A stretch of 64,000 nt of DNA, taken from positions 10,033,625 through 10,097,624 of the forward strand of contig CM082579.2 in the NCBI GenBank assembly GCA_040954595.2. Direction: 5' to 3'. The translations under genes were made by a program, and so were the position numbers. Under the pieces are notes generated by a model. It was not told the DNA's origin, searched no databases, and saw nothing but the letters and a program-made list of their open reading frames with translations. This stretch comes from Balanoglossus misakiensis (taxonomy: Eukaryota > Animalia > Hemichordata). This document shows, piece after piece, positions 1 to 13,500 of the stretch. Positions within the stretch are counted from its first letter, which is position 1; each line of letters begins with the position of its first letter.

Positions 1-320
1 TATCAATAACTAACTAACGACAATTAAAAACAGCGGGAACTACGTCATCATTAATTTAAAAATACATTAATGAGAAGTCTCCTGCCCATCTCGTCCGTTG
101 TATCAGAGCTTAAAGACAAACGACCGTGTTATCGATTCTCTAACAGTTTTATACTGCGACTTGGTTCCACATCTTATACATTTCGAAGGAAAACAGAGTT
201 TCGATCGTCACGCTGAGTTGGCTCGAAACCATTTCTGGAATTTGGTGACTCGACTCGGGACGGACTCGCCCAGCTCCAACCACATCCATGATCGTTAATT
301 GCATCAACTGTAGACTAATT

Positions 321-790
321 TTAATAACAGTATATATCGAAATTTAATTTTGTGTGTGCGAAATTTGTCAAGTTATTTGAAATATTATGTGCTTTAGATT
401 ATTCGTATGTGTACATTATGATAAAAGTTTGTTGGCCTCTACATCCACCTTTCCAATGAATCGAACATATCACAAGTTATATAGGTTGATAAATTTTAAG
501 TTATGATAATAATAATAATTAATAACAGTATATATCGAAATTTAATTTTGTGTGTGCGAAATTTGTCAAGTTATTTGAAATATTATGTGCTTTAGATTAT
601 TCGTATGTGTACATTATGATAAAAGTTTGTTGGCCTCTACATCCACCTTTCCAATGAATCGAACATATCACAAGTTATATAGGTTGATAAATTTTAAGTT
701 ATGATAATAATAATAATTAATAACAGTATATATCGAAATTTAATTTTGTGTGTGCGAAATTTTTCAAGTTATTTGAAATATTATGTGCTT
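321..790. repeat. 198-bp tandem repeat, ~2.4 near-identical copies
   Basis: The unit starting aataacagtatatatcgaaattt recurs at 323, 521 and 719. Confidence 0.95.
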
Positions 791-1195
791 ATATTGAGAC
801 GTAAATTGAAAATAGTAGTTGTACTTAAACCTACTTTACATTAGCAAACCATGAAACACGTTTAACAGAAGTACAAATCAAAACCATCTCATAATATAGC
901 TATTCAAATTGTCCGCTGCAACTTTTTAAATTGTATAACTGTAATATGATGAAAACCATCAACGTTGTGAAAGGGTAAGGTACATTCTTGCTGAAGCTAC
1001 ATTGCTCTACTGTTAATGTTATCGAGCAACCACGATGAGAAAAAGTGATTTTTAAACAATTTACATCACTACACGTAAATTACAGATGATTAAATTCCTC
1101 TTAACGCATAACATAAACATTTTCTACAACCTTTGTCCTTCCTTGTCAACGTGATATCGATGTTCGCTTAGATGCTGTTGAAACTCGTCCGGTGA

Positions 1196-4100
1196 TTACA
1201 GGTGATTACACATACACACGGTGGAGTTTACCTTAGATGACGGTGATACCTGGATATAAAATGGCATATGGATATTTGCATTAATACATGGTTTCAATTA
1301 GATTCCTCTTTCCACAAAAATACGTAAGGCCGATATGTAAATATGATAACCCGATGATTGTACGGAATGTATCCACTTGTGCTATGTAATTCTTAAAACC
1401 CCCAAAATATAATAATAATAATTATACACTGTACATAAACGATACAGCAGGACATACAAGACAGCCATATAACCATACCCGACATCCGTCATTGTTCCAC
1501 ATATCAGAGTTGTCCATCGAATAAACACAAGTTACTTGTTTAGCAGCCATTATGAACGTGACATTTTGCACTGGAAAACAAGGAACTTTAATTAAACATA
1601 TGGCTATTCTGCAATGATCTGTGTGTATATTAATTTTCGTGGTGCGGAGTATTCTGTTGTACTTTTGCTCGTTGCGGTCGTGTAAGTACTGCGGCAGAAT
1701 ACACCTTAAATTCTCGTGAAAATAATTTCTGTACGGCACAGATCGCGCGCAGAGGTCATTTGTCATAGAACACGCTATCTTAGTGCGCATAATTCATCAA
1801 TTCTACGTGAGGAAATTATATACAGTTTGAGATTTTTGGGAAGTTTAAAACTTACACTGCGGGATGGCAAAGGTTAAATAGTAAAGTCCGGTCCTGAAGA
1901 AGTAGTGTTCTGGAATGAACATACTGGAATGGTTCCCAGAAAACTGGACATCCACGGAGAACATGTAGCCACGATAGTTATCAGTGTAGTCGACAATCTC
2001 ATTGAAGACGTAGGCTGTGGTATTTCCATACATGGTTTCCGAATTTTCGAGTGAAATGACAACTGCATGCAACAACATATATATCTGCAAAGAGAAGTGA
2101 AGTACTCATTGGTCCGAGTTTCACATACAGCCAGAACCACAGATTGATAGTACGTTTGTGTATACCAACTAGTAAACTTTTTAAATGGAACTATCAGAAT
2201 ACCAAGAAGTGACACCTCATGGGTCGTTCAAGATAGCTCTTTGACTCATATGCTAGATAAATTCAACAGATTTCAATTTTTTTTTAATTTTCCTTAAATT
2301 GATTAGCTGTCTGCAAATTTTAGTGGAAATGTACTTTTGGCGCCACCACTAAATAAACGCTTATAAGAGACAAAAATAAATGCTTGCCATGAAAAGCAAA
2401 ACGAAGGAAATACAGAAGATTGACAGAAGATTGACAGAAAATTTGTGGGAGAGATTTATGCTGCCAGAGGAGAACCGTAACATTCCCGGGCGGGGCTTTT
2501 TAATAATTTTTAACGTTCACCTACTTTGATATACGTGCTGAAATAGGTGACGTTAACAGCTTCGATATATACACCTTCAATCGACTCATGAGTATCCGGC
2601 GGAGGGGGGTCACTTGCAAACGCAATGATGATGTCCTCTTCTGTGTGAAGAACTGGAAGATTTAATAGCGAAGACCGAGTACGGATTGATGTGAGATGAT
2701 TTCTGCAGTCAGCTTTTCAATATATATCATAGTTATCAATGTCTTGAGACAAGACAGTCACACAAATGAGGATACACCTCGAATGTAAAGTAAAAAGAAG
2801 ATTTTAACATTTCTCTTTATAAAAGAATCTCTAAAATGTCAAGCAAACTCCTCCTGACATTACATAGATTTAAAAATAGACATACCTTCTATTTCACTGT
2901 CCTGACTGTCCGTGAACGACAAACTTAAGACATCGTTAGCAAAGAAACCACTTCTGTCGTCATATTGGAGGCATCTCCTATTCACACTTGTAACCTGTGC
3001 GCATGTTCAGAAGAAAGCCTTTTAAGGCCACTGCTATAATCAGCAGAGCAACCCAACCCGTACCCGTGTCTGTGACGTGACACCCAGGCTCTGGATCTTG
3101 GGGGCCGTACTTTTGCATTCTCTCGACAAGACAAGCAATGATTTGTAGGTGGACGCTTCAAACGGGTAGTAGACACGTATAACTAGTGCCGTGTACGTGT
3201 GTTAAAATTACACGTACCTGCATACAGTGATTGCGTATACATGTACGACCGCCCTGCGTTCAATAAGTAAAATTAACAGATCTGGAACCTTGTAAGTAAA
3301 CATTGATATATGTTTGCATGTCTTGCGATAACGACACGCCACACTTTTTGAACTTGTTGTATTAGAAACACAAGAACAGTCTTGTAGTTCACACGTAAGA
3401 AAAGAGCGAGTCAGACTTTAAAAACTTACTATCATATGAATATGCTCTCCTGGAGTAAAGTTTGAGAATATTTTCTCTGCTGGTGGAATGACCACGGCAT
3501 TACCATCTCCCACTTTTATCTCTGAGTTAGTTAAATTCTCAACGGTGTCGACTTCCAAATACAAATCGATGTTTGTTGTATTCAACACGATTGGACCACT
3601 GCCAGGTTCAGAGTTGCGCAATGCAAATTTTGAGATGACGTCGGTTGCACGAAGCAGAGCTGTTACCAGTGACTGGCTGTCGAAATAACTGTCACTGGAT
3701 GATGACATCGAGGATGTAGTTGCAGTAATGAGTGAATCAATGAAGTGCACCATTCCTGCAAGTAGTACATGTATATCGATTTTTTTTAATGAAATCATGG
3801 GCATGAATAATATTCAGCTAATTAGTTGCTATTTATATTAGCAGTTTTTGAAATCATACCCTTTGTTGGAGAAAATATTGTGACAACGCTGGTTATCAAA
3901 CCCTGGGCCACTTCAAAAGCTTTCAATTGTTGAGACTGCGGGTTGCCGGCAAAAATGGAGAGACAAAATGACATTCCTTGTCATATACAGATATTTACGG
4001 CATCGAATTTGATGAACCCATCTACAGGTCATCGTCGTAAATCCACATGTGCCTTATATAGTACACTTTCGATATCAAAAAGCCGGCAGAAGAACTAATC

Positions 4101-4575
4101 AAAGACTTCTGTATTATGACGAAAGTTCCATGTGGTATGTTAACATTGCATTAGGCTACTACAGAGGCCAAGTATTTCCGTATCTGATTCTGCAGTGGAT
4201 ATGACCTCGTAGAAGAGCAAGTGATTGAAGTATTGCAAACGGTGGATCACACGTTACAATTCATTATGATGGCTTAAATTATAAGACACCATTTGATTGG
4301 AAGCATTCAACTTTACAAATAAAGAATCGCAAATCATTGAACAGCAGCAAGTATCCGAATTTCTGTAGAAGCAAACCTTTCTTTCATGCACTGGGACGGG
4401 GCCTTAATCGCAAATGGCAAACTGTTGCAATGTTAACTGCAAAGATTAAGACTTTCTAATAAATTCAACGTCACTTGCCTTCAGCCATATCTTGCCGTTC
4501 TGCTGCAGACACATTTAAGTTGAAAACCCGAAGTCCAGAAATAGTGTCTGAAAAGTTGTTCAAAACCTCTATTAT
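1196..4575 (-). CDS. GAIN-domain and GPS exons (polycystin-1-like/adhesion-receptor type)
   Basis: GPS motif [19 protein letters not shown]|[17 protein letters not shown], preceded by GAIN-like segments ([41 protein letters not shown]). Confidence 0.8.
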
Positions 4576-7500
4576 CTGTAGGAGTATAATAGAGTAAAAC
4601 ATAAATGAACATTCGAAATTATGCTTCCACAGTTGTCGCCTATGCAATTGAAATAGGTCCATGTCGAGCTGTCCACTACACTGCGCCGCATTGTTAATTT
4701 TTACAACAGGGTAATTATGGGCAGTCGACCTGAACGTCCCTGGAACACATTGTCACATTGGGCCTTATGTACGAACAAATAATTTGTAGCGTTGGTTTGT
4801 TAGCACTGGCCTGTCCAGTCACACCACGCAAATTCTGTGGCGGATAGTGGATACATGTACGTTGGTCAACGGGAGAAATGAAAGTTCTGGGATTTACTCA
4901 GGCTCGCCGCAGGAGAGACTTGGTCAGAATATAACGGGAGCAACGCTCGTTCTTCTGCTAACGACAGATCTATGGTATAGACAAGTATCTACATATTCTA
5001 GGTGTCTTTAGTCCACCAGGCAGATTGCTGTGCCTTTATATACCGAAAGGCGTCAGACGTTTGAGTTTAGTGTATGTCTGAGGTATTTTGGTTTGATCGT
5101 GTGTTTTAATGCACGGCAGTTTATTTATAAATCCCGTTAAAATAAAAATGCTTTCAATACTGTCGATATCGAACAAAATAGTCTGCTTATGTAAGTGGTG
5201 GCCAATAATGAACTCAAACTCACACATTAATTAAGTACTCCATCATGTGCACTGCTTCGCCTCGCACATTAACGTCGTATACTATCATGGTATAATTGGG
5301 CGTATATTATCAATTGTGTACTTACATTTAAATGTCTTTCATTGTCAATATAATAAGGTCTTACAACACCTTCATTGATGTACCGTAGAGTAGTCAACAC
5401 GTACAATAAATGAAACATAAAAGAATCAAAATAAGAATCTCATTTGGCCCCAACACAATGTGAAACAAACTGTATAACAGAAAGGCCTTCAACAGTATAG
5501 AGTGAAGAAAAGTTTACATATTTTTCTTCAGGTCTACAATTAAATAAACTTGACTTTGAGAATCAAATGGTTTGTGCGATGTTTACACTTGAAAAAGTTA
5601 GTTTATTCTTGTAAAAATATTAAATGCAATTTACCACGAAATATCGTTTTCTGTACGGAAAGTTTGCTTTGATTAGAATACATTTCCTACTTAAAATTAA
5701 AGATATTGTTTGTCTAGGGGAAAATAAAATCAAAATAAGACAGATTAGTTTTCAAAATTAAAATTTTGTGCGTCAAGATTACAGTTGCTTCCACTACAAT
5801 ATGTTCGCTTTTGGGGAAATGATATTGTAATTTAAAAAATAAGTTTAAAAGTAAAAAAATTATCCTTGGCCTATGGGGCCCTTGTACTAACCATAAAGAC
5901 GAAAAACGGCTGACACTTTACCTTTGACTGTAACAGAAAATGAACAAGAAGCGGAATTTCCGTAAAGATCCTTTGCTGTGTATGATACAAAAGTAACACC
6001 GATGGTAAAGTTGCTTCCTGGTTCATGGCTGCCAGACACAGTCACATTCCTGGAATCGTCGCTTGCATTCAGAAATGGCCATGTCACTGGGATTGTAGGA
6101 TTGTCCAAGTACGTCATTGTTTCAATGTCTGATGGGCATGTGATGACAGGGTTTTCAGTGTCTGCGAAATGTTGAGAGGAACGAAAGAGGTGATATTGGT
6201 TGTTCACGAAATAGTTGTATGTTCAATACCTTCAGTAACGTTGCATGTCCTGTCAAAGCCAAATTTGAAGCCTAATCTTACTATGACTTGTTACAAGGCA
6301 TCGGGGGCTTATCAGTTGTGTCAGTCATGTCTCTCTATCGGCAAACATGTCGAGTAATCCTAATTGAGAGGGCCGTTTGTTGTGTTTTGTTCACATTGTT
6401 CCCGATTTCTCAGTCAATTCTGGGAATTTCCGAACATGTTCCGTAAACCGAATTCAGAGCACAACATACAACTTCAGCACGTTCGCAATTTCCGGGGGGT
6501 GACCCCCCTCTTATATAATAGTAGCTTGTGATGGGAAATACTGCGTGGGACAATAACACAATGTGGCCCTCTTTCTATTATTTCCGATTCAGTTGACATG
6601 GCATATGCTTGCAAAACAATCACCAACAACTCACCTGCAATGGGACAACATGAAATCGCACTTCCAGGATACATTTCACAAGCTTCTTTTCCGTGCTCTG
6701 TAACAACAAGTGTTCAGAATTGATATGTGGGTCAATTGTAATTTCTTGTGGGATAAAACCCTGCCACGGTGAGCCGAACAGGAAACCATGGTAGAAACAC
6801 AGAATAAAAATGCTGACAAATAACCCTGACAGCCATTTTAACTCAACGTCAATGTAAAGTATCCCAGGGGTTGCCAATTTCTTGTAAGATATGCGTTCAA
6901 TTCTTTAACAAATCGAAACATATGATGACTCGACTCAGGGAAAGAATGCTCGTAATTTAACATTTTTTAATGAAAACGTGAAAGCAAACAATATGCTACT
7001 TTCCGAATAGACAAGTGACACAGACTGCAAGATCTTGCGTGACTCGGCGTATGGTATACACGTAGCTAGTTTCTATGGGAGGACATTTTCACTTGACACA
7101 GGACACAATCCACATGGACGACCGCTTAAGACGGCAATAAAGTTCAATTTTTTTTAAACTCTGCACCTTATTATAATTTCACACACAACTTAACGCGTAT
7201 TACATGACTAACAACCCATTGCAACGGTATTTAACCAAATCTCGCGAGATCTCGCAAAAACCGGAAAATCATCAACGAGGATAGTAGTATAATAACAAAA
7301 GCCGGTACTGGAGGACACTGCAAAAGGATGATAAAACAAAATACTAACGGAGGACACCATTGCCATTTATGAGAAACAGGGCGCTATTCCACGGTTTATG
7401 AGTTCCCGCTGCCACCTCAGCAATGTCATTCCCAGACAGTTTTGTGGTCCACACTTTCAGTCCTGTTAAACTACCTGTCACCAGTGCCGAACTTGTATCG

Positions 7501-8068
7501 AAGTTCCCTCCCCCGACGTTGAGTTGTTCCTGTCCCAAAACTAATCGGCCACCGCCAGGTATAGGTTCGCCCGGGTTTAAGCCATCGCCATTCTGGTAGA
7601 GGACGCTGTTGTCGTAGTATTCCCACGCGCCATTCTCAGATACCCATGTGGCACACACGTGGTGCCAAGTGCCAGTGTTCACCACTAACGGCGTGCTGAT
7701 CGATTGGCCTGTGATCACAAGGAGCATGCCGGCCGTGGAGTAGTACATCAGCAGTCCGTCGTGGTGCTGAGGAGATGCATAGGACACCAGTGAGACCCGC
7801 CCAGACTGTGTGGTTATTAACCAGAGACACACTGTCACGGTATCCTGATTCGGAATATCTTTTGAAATAGTTACATTCGTGTCTGCATCGTGAAATTCCA
7901 GAATAACGCATGCTGTGGAAAAGAAGAATGCAAAATATTATGCGAAAGTTGAATAACACATGTAACAGGGTACGCATGTTCATAGTCGTAGAAAAATGAA
8001 TGAAAACACGTGTTTATTATTATCATTATTATGAATATAAATGAAAAATAATAATCATAATAATAATA

Positions 8069-8132
<64 letters not shown>

Positions 8133-10492
8133 GTTAAGGGGTTTAAAGAATTATATAAACAATCTATCAATTTAATAAGCACGGGTGGATTTCCTGTACA
8201 ATCATTCGTGATACTTCAGATTCATAAAGACAACATTTTTCAAAGTGGCCTATGTATCTAAAATTGCAGACGACGTTTCAACGCTTTCGGTTGGAGATTT
8301 TCTACCTAATATTCACAAAAAGACCTCGGGTATTGTTAAACACTATTTAAAACCTTGTTACCCGGTGAGTCTGGTGGCGTGTGTACGACAGATCTGAGGT
8401 ACAAAACTTCGCTCGAAACCCAACACGAGTTGGAGACCGAGTTTATTTACGTACAACATTGTAGCAATTTTTCGTATGTTTGCGCGCGCTCTGGAATCAC
8501 GCGATGTCAACTGAGTGTGAACGAGCTGTTTGGCGTCGTGTCGTCTGCCCAGTTTTCGTGGCTAAAACGACAGGAATAATACCCCAGTTGGCTTTAGAAT
8601 TGCACATATCGTGAGATTTGAGCGCCATAGAAACTGCAGATATCGTGGAACAGGAAGGTTAGTATTTAAATCATTGATTTTAATGGAAGAAATGACCTGA
8701 GTTATGCTACGTTTGTGTCGCCTGTCGGTGTCAAACGGACGCAATGTTTACACGGCAGCCAAATAGCATCGGAGAAATGAAGAAATTTTATCACGATACT
8801 TTGGATTTCGTGTTATTATTTCTCGGGAATTTATTGTTTTCTCAGACGTGGTGACAGAATAGACACACGAGGCATCTCGCGGTTCCGTTTTCTATGTTGA
8901 ATTTTATGATTTGACTGCATTTGCGTGTCAGCTGAAGGGTCTTCGCATTCATCAGAAGCTATCGTGCGTCGCCGAGATTTGATTCTTCATAAACGAAAAT
9001 TATTTCATAACCATACCAAATAAAACATTTCCTGAAATTTAGAAGTTTGCAGACTTTTCCGCTAGTTGTCTATGTCACGCTGAACTGCCAAATTTAACAC
9101 AGACTCGCCGTCAATACTCAGTGTACTTCTACGAGTGTGTCCTGTAACTGCCTTCCTTCAATAACCCATGTCATACAACAACAAATAGACGGTAAACGTT
9201 TATGCAATATCAATGAATTTATGTTTTAAAACTGGTCGACAGTCTGGAAATGCATGAACAATCGATAGATTGGATTCCTTAACGATACTATTGTATCTTG
9301 TAATTTTTTGTAGTTACACTGTGGAAATCGGCAGGCTGCATTGCCAGATTTTCTGCACATGCGCAGTTCCTCTGTCTTGAAAGAAAAGTCAAATTTCACC
9401 AACTTATTATTGTGCATTCGGAAAATAAACCCCAAATGTTTTCTTTGTGAACAAAAATACTGCTAGTGTGATTTTGTGTTCAAATCCAACCAATTATTAT
9501 GTAAATTGACTTGTGATACCCTCTCTTAGCACAAAAAGCATAATTTCAGCCCCTAAACGGTTGCCATAGAAACATGTGATCACTAAACGGATATCATTTT
9601 TGTTCTTATTGAGCCAAGATACACCTATGGTGAAATTTTTGTGGAAATCGGACCTATTATTATTAAAATTATTATTTTTATATAATTCTTTATTTAATTA
9701 TTTAATTATTATTATTGTCAAAATTAGTGTTATTGTTATTGTAGTAGTTCTTGTTATCTATCATGTGTTTAAATCCAACATATCTATGGATTCTGTCTTA
9801 ACACATGATCGATAACATTTAGGCCTAGGCCTAGCTCACATGACAGCAGCGGGTCTTTTGGAAGTTGTTGTCTTATAGCCCATTGTATGGGAAGGTTTGG
9901 TTTGCCTTAAACTATTTTCGCAAGACGATTAGTCTTGCGAATTACAAAATATGCCTTTTATAAAATAAAGTATGTTGACAAGAACCTCAAAAGCAAACAG
10001 TTCGCCTTTGACTGTTCTATTTGGTCACACTTTTGTAAAACATTGCAAATCAATTATTACTGACTAATAAATTGCGCAAATATTAACGAAATTTCATTAA
10101 GTCAGTTCGTTTATACAATCAATCTGAATATATTACAGTCGCAAAGAGATTTTATGCACGGCATCAGTAGCACAATTTTACACATGTGAAGGGTCTGTCC
10201 GTATACCCAGCAATTGTGTGTGTCTTTTCCTCATGCGCATAAACGTTTACTTTACATCACTTACCTGAACAGGAAACACCGACATCCTGATTGTGCTCAC
10301 AATCGCTGGCTCTCCACCCATGACGGGGGCAGGAAAGGAGAAACTGTTCAGTTCCACGACACTTCACGCCACCTAGCCCTATTTTACCAGCTCCTTCTCC
10401 AAAATGTGCTCCCCCATAGGCGATTCCAAACCTTCGACTGAAATAAATAAGGCATTCGACGCTTAGAAAACTAAATAGTTATTGCAACAATG

Positions 10493-10523
<31 letters not shown>

Positions 10524-13500
10524 TGTATGTATGTATGTATGTATGTATGTACATTGTATGTATGTATGTATGTATGCATGTATGTATGTGTGTGTTTGTT
10601 TGTATGTATTTATGTGTGTGAATGTGTGCGCGTACGTGCCTTCGTGCACGTGTGTGTATGTGTCCGTGCGTCATATTTAAAATAACAAACCTTGTAATTA
10701 CCTATATCCTAGTTGACGACACGCAACAGTTGCAGCAATATCATCAAAGCCATCATCACAGACTGTTTTCCAGACGCCCCCGTACCTGGGCAAAATGATT
10801 GATATACGACAATATACGTAAAACTACTAAGTTTGTACATTTGACATATACGTTTCATATACGTGCATTTACGTAACAAATGCAAGCTGCTAGATATGTG
10901 TACAAATACGTGAAGTATACATCATGTACACGTTCTCTTACATATACGTTCCGCAGATCTACGTATTTGTAGTTATTTTCTACCGAATAGTGTGCCTACA
11001 GTATACATCCATGTATATGTACGTATATTCATGCTAATTATTAGGATTATTTGGACCACCCGTTTTTAAAAGCAAACGCTTTCAAAAGTTTGATGAAAGA
11101 TCTGGGTCGCACTTCTGCGGCCACTTTATGTCGCAAAACGCTGGTTGTTTTACGACGTTTTACGACGTCCACCTCCGGTACATAGAAACACCAGCACCGC
11201 TGGCAGTCACTGTACGCCGTCAACCGTGTGCATAAGTTTGTTTCAACACCAGACAAAGCGAAAGAAGAGTTGTCACAGAAACTTGATAGTCTGGACGCAG
11301 AACAGAAGTCTTTGAGGGAAAATCGACATGCGGCGGTGATAATCTATGCACCAACAAAGGAAGACCGGATCGTATGATTTTTGTAAGTTTAAACATACAT
11401 CGTGTTTTGGTCTTGTCCATATCCACCCCACCCATGTGTCTGCGTTTTGACACTATTTCTACTCGTTGTTAGTCCGAGTCCTTTTTATTTCTGCCGTTTG
11501 CATTAGTGCATCAAGCATGTCTATATAGAACTAGAAACAGGTTTTGATTGACAATTTGACATTTCCACCAAGCATTTGTATTGTTATCTCAAATGTCCCT
11601 TGTTTTACTTTGCAGCGGCAGGTAAAGCACTCAGCTTTATGTAACCATAGAAGATTCATCTGATACAAGTAACAACCAACGAGTAAGTATATCTCTTTTA
11701 TTCTTAGACTTTTCATTCAATTTGGTGTAGTATGATTTATAACATTGAGCATAACCCGTAGAGAAAAAAGACGCGGAACATCGGCCAAGATCAAAGGCCT
11801 TGAGGATTAGCTAGAACAAAAGATAAACAAACTGGGTTGATTTTCATGTGTGCGCTACAGCTTGGTGTTTCATGGTTGACGACAAGTACAAAAGATGCAT
11901 ATAAGCGCGGGATTGCTGGATTGCCAGAATAGCTGACGTTCAGATATTTTAGCAGCTACTGAGCTTGGATACTTGGTAGCTCTAACCATGCTCTTACGCG
12001 TGATAGTGAGCAACTATTCAGTCATAACTATTTGACCTTGGTTGCGATAACATCACATTGAATCTGTATGCTTTTTTGTACCTTGTCAACATGACAGATA
12101 ACAAAGTAAACAATTGGAAGGTGTGAAGACATTTCCCATGGCCCGATTTGTTGAATGCAAATGAGACATTTTCACCCATAAACTAAAAACAATGGGGGAC
12201 GTTTATTATAAACTTAAACAGTGCACTGTCATGTTGGCGACAAAGGTAAAAACAGAACGGACTGACTTGTCGCTGTGTTCCAGGTGAAGGTGTTTACAGC
12301 CCACTCTATATAAACTGCCAGTGGTTCAGACTTCCCAAAAGTTGTAGCTCATAGGCACTGCAGTCAAAGATAAGTGCTTAAGATGACCACACTAAATACT
12401 TTTTTTCTTTCTTTTTGACAGCTTCTACAGAGTCATGGCAAGATGGTGAATTTTGAAGACAAATCTTAATAGGATAACATGGTGCAAGCAGGCGATCTGA
12501 TGATGTCAGATGAAGCAAATTTTTCATGGCATTTTGGAGTTACTGAATGAAGCTATACTTTGAGGATTATTTTTCAGATTTTAGGTTTGCATTTAAAAAC
12601 AAAACACTTTGTTCTTTGTCCATGTAATGTCTTTAATCATTTTATATGTTTTAAATAAAATTACCTTTTAAGTGAATTTTATTATGTGAGCAGTTTTTTG
12701 TTGATGCATGATGTGAGGAAGTGTATCGGCTTGAAATATGCTTTTACCGATTTGTTGCTATTGATCTGCTTTGAAATGCAGTTGCATCTCAATGCAGATT
12801 AATAGTAACAAATTTACAGCAAAGGTGAATAAGAAGGAAAGGTCAAATCCTGACCATGAAGGATGACCCCAGAATTGTGACCTTTGGGGTAATTTAAATA
12901 TGACCCCAAAATTATTTTGCAAATATTTGCCAACAATGATGACATAATGTATGGTAATTTCTGGAAGGGTCTGCATTAAATATACGTAAAAATACCAGGA
13001 ACGTGAACTCAACTATGCAAATGTAAATGTCTGTGATTATGATGTAACGTATGCTAATAACACAGTCATGCAAATAGCAAGGAAGATATGCACTGAGAAT
13101 GTGTACAAATACGTTGGAATGTTTATAGTGTGCACTTGATCTGCATTGGTCTGCGTTGTGCACACCCGTGATCTTCATAGATATACGTGCACGTATACTA
13201 ACACATTGGTATGTTCCATATACGTGAATATACGTCACATATACGTGGTGCAGATTGTAGATGTACAACTGTGCAAACTATTGTATACTTGCGCATATTC
13301 CCGATCTACGTGTCCATATACGTGAAAATACTGAATGTATATCAACCTTTTTGCCCAGCTAAATACTTCTACACGTCCCATGTACTGATTCGGTCCTACC
13401 AAGCGAATGCCAGAATCTGGAGTTTTGCGAATTGAAGAGAAGCGTGTTCTTTGCATATAACCAAAGTTTACTTAATGTATGTGTATAAAATGGAGAAAGG

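Noticed and set aside
321-790. CRISPR-like array
   Set aside because: The whole 198-bp unit repeats with no unique spacers, in a eukaryotic context.
5326-5390. Linking exon between HYR and GAIN
   Set aside because: It has a good donor but no convincing acceptor (only a weak gaag), so it is not called as a feature, although phases require an exon here.
7871-8182. Poly-Asn ORF
   Set aside because: It is an (AAT)n microsatellite in an intron.
8355-9115. Possible TIR element (cggtgagtctg / cagactcgccg)
   Set aside because: Only ~11 bp of imperfect inversion and no TSD identified.
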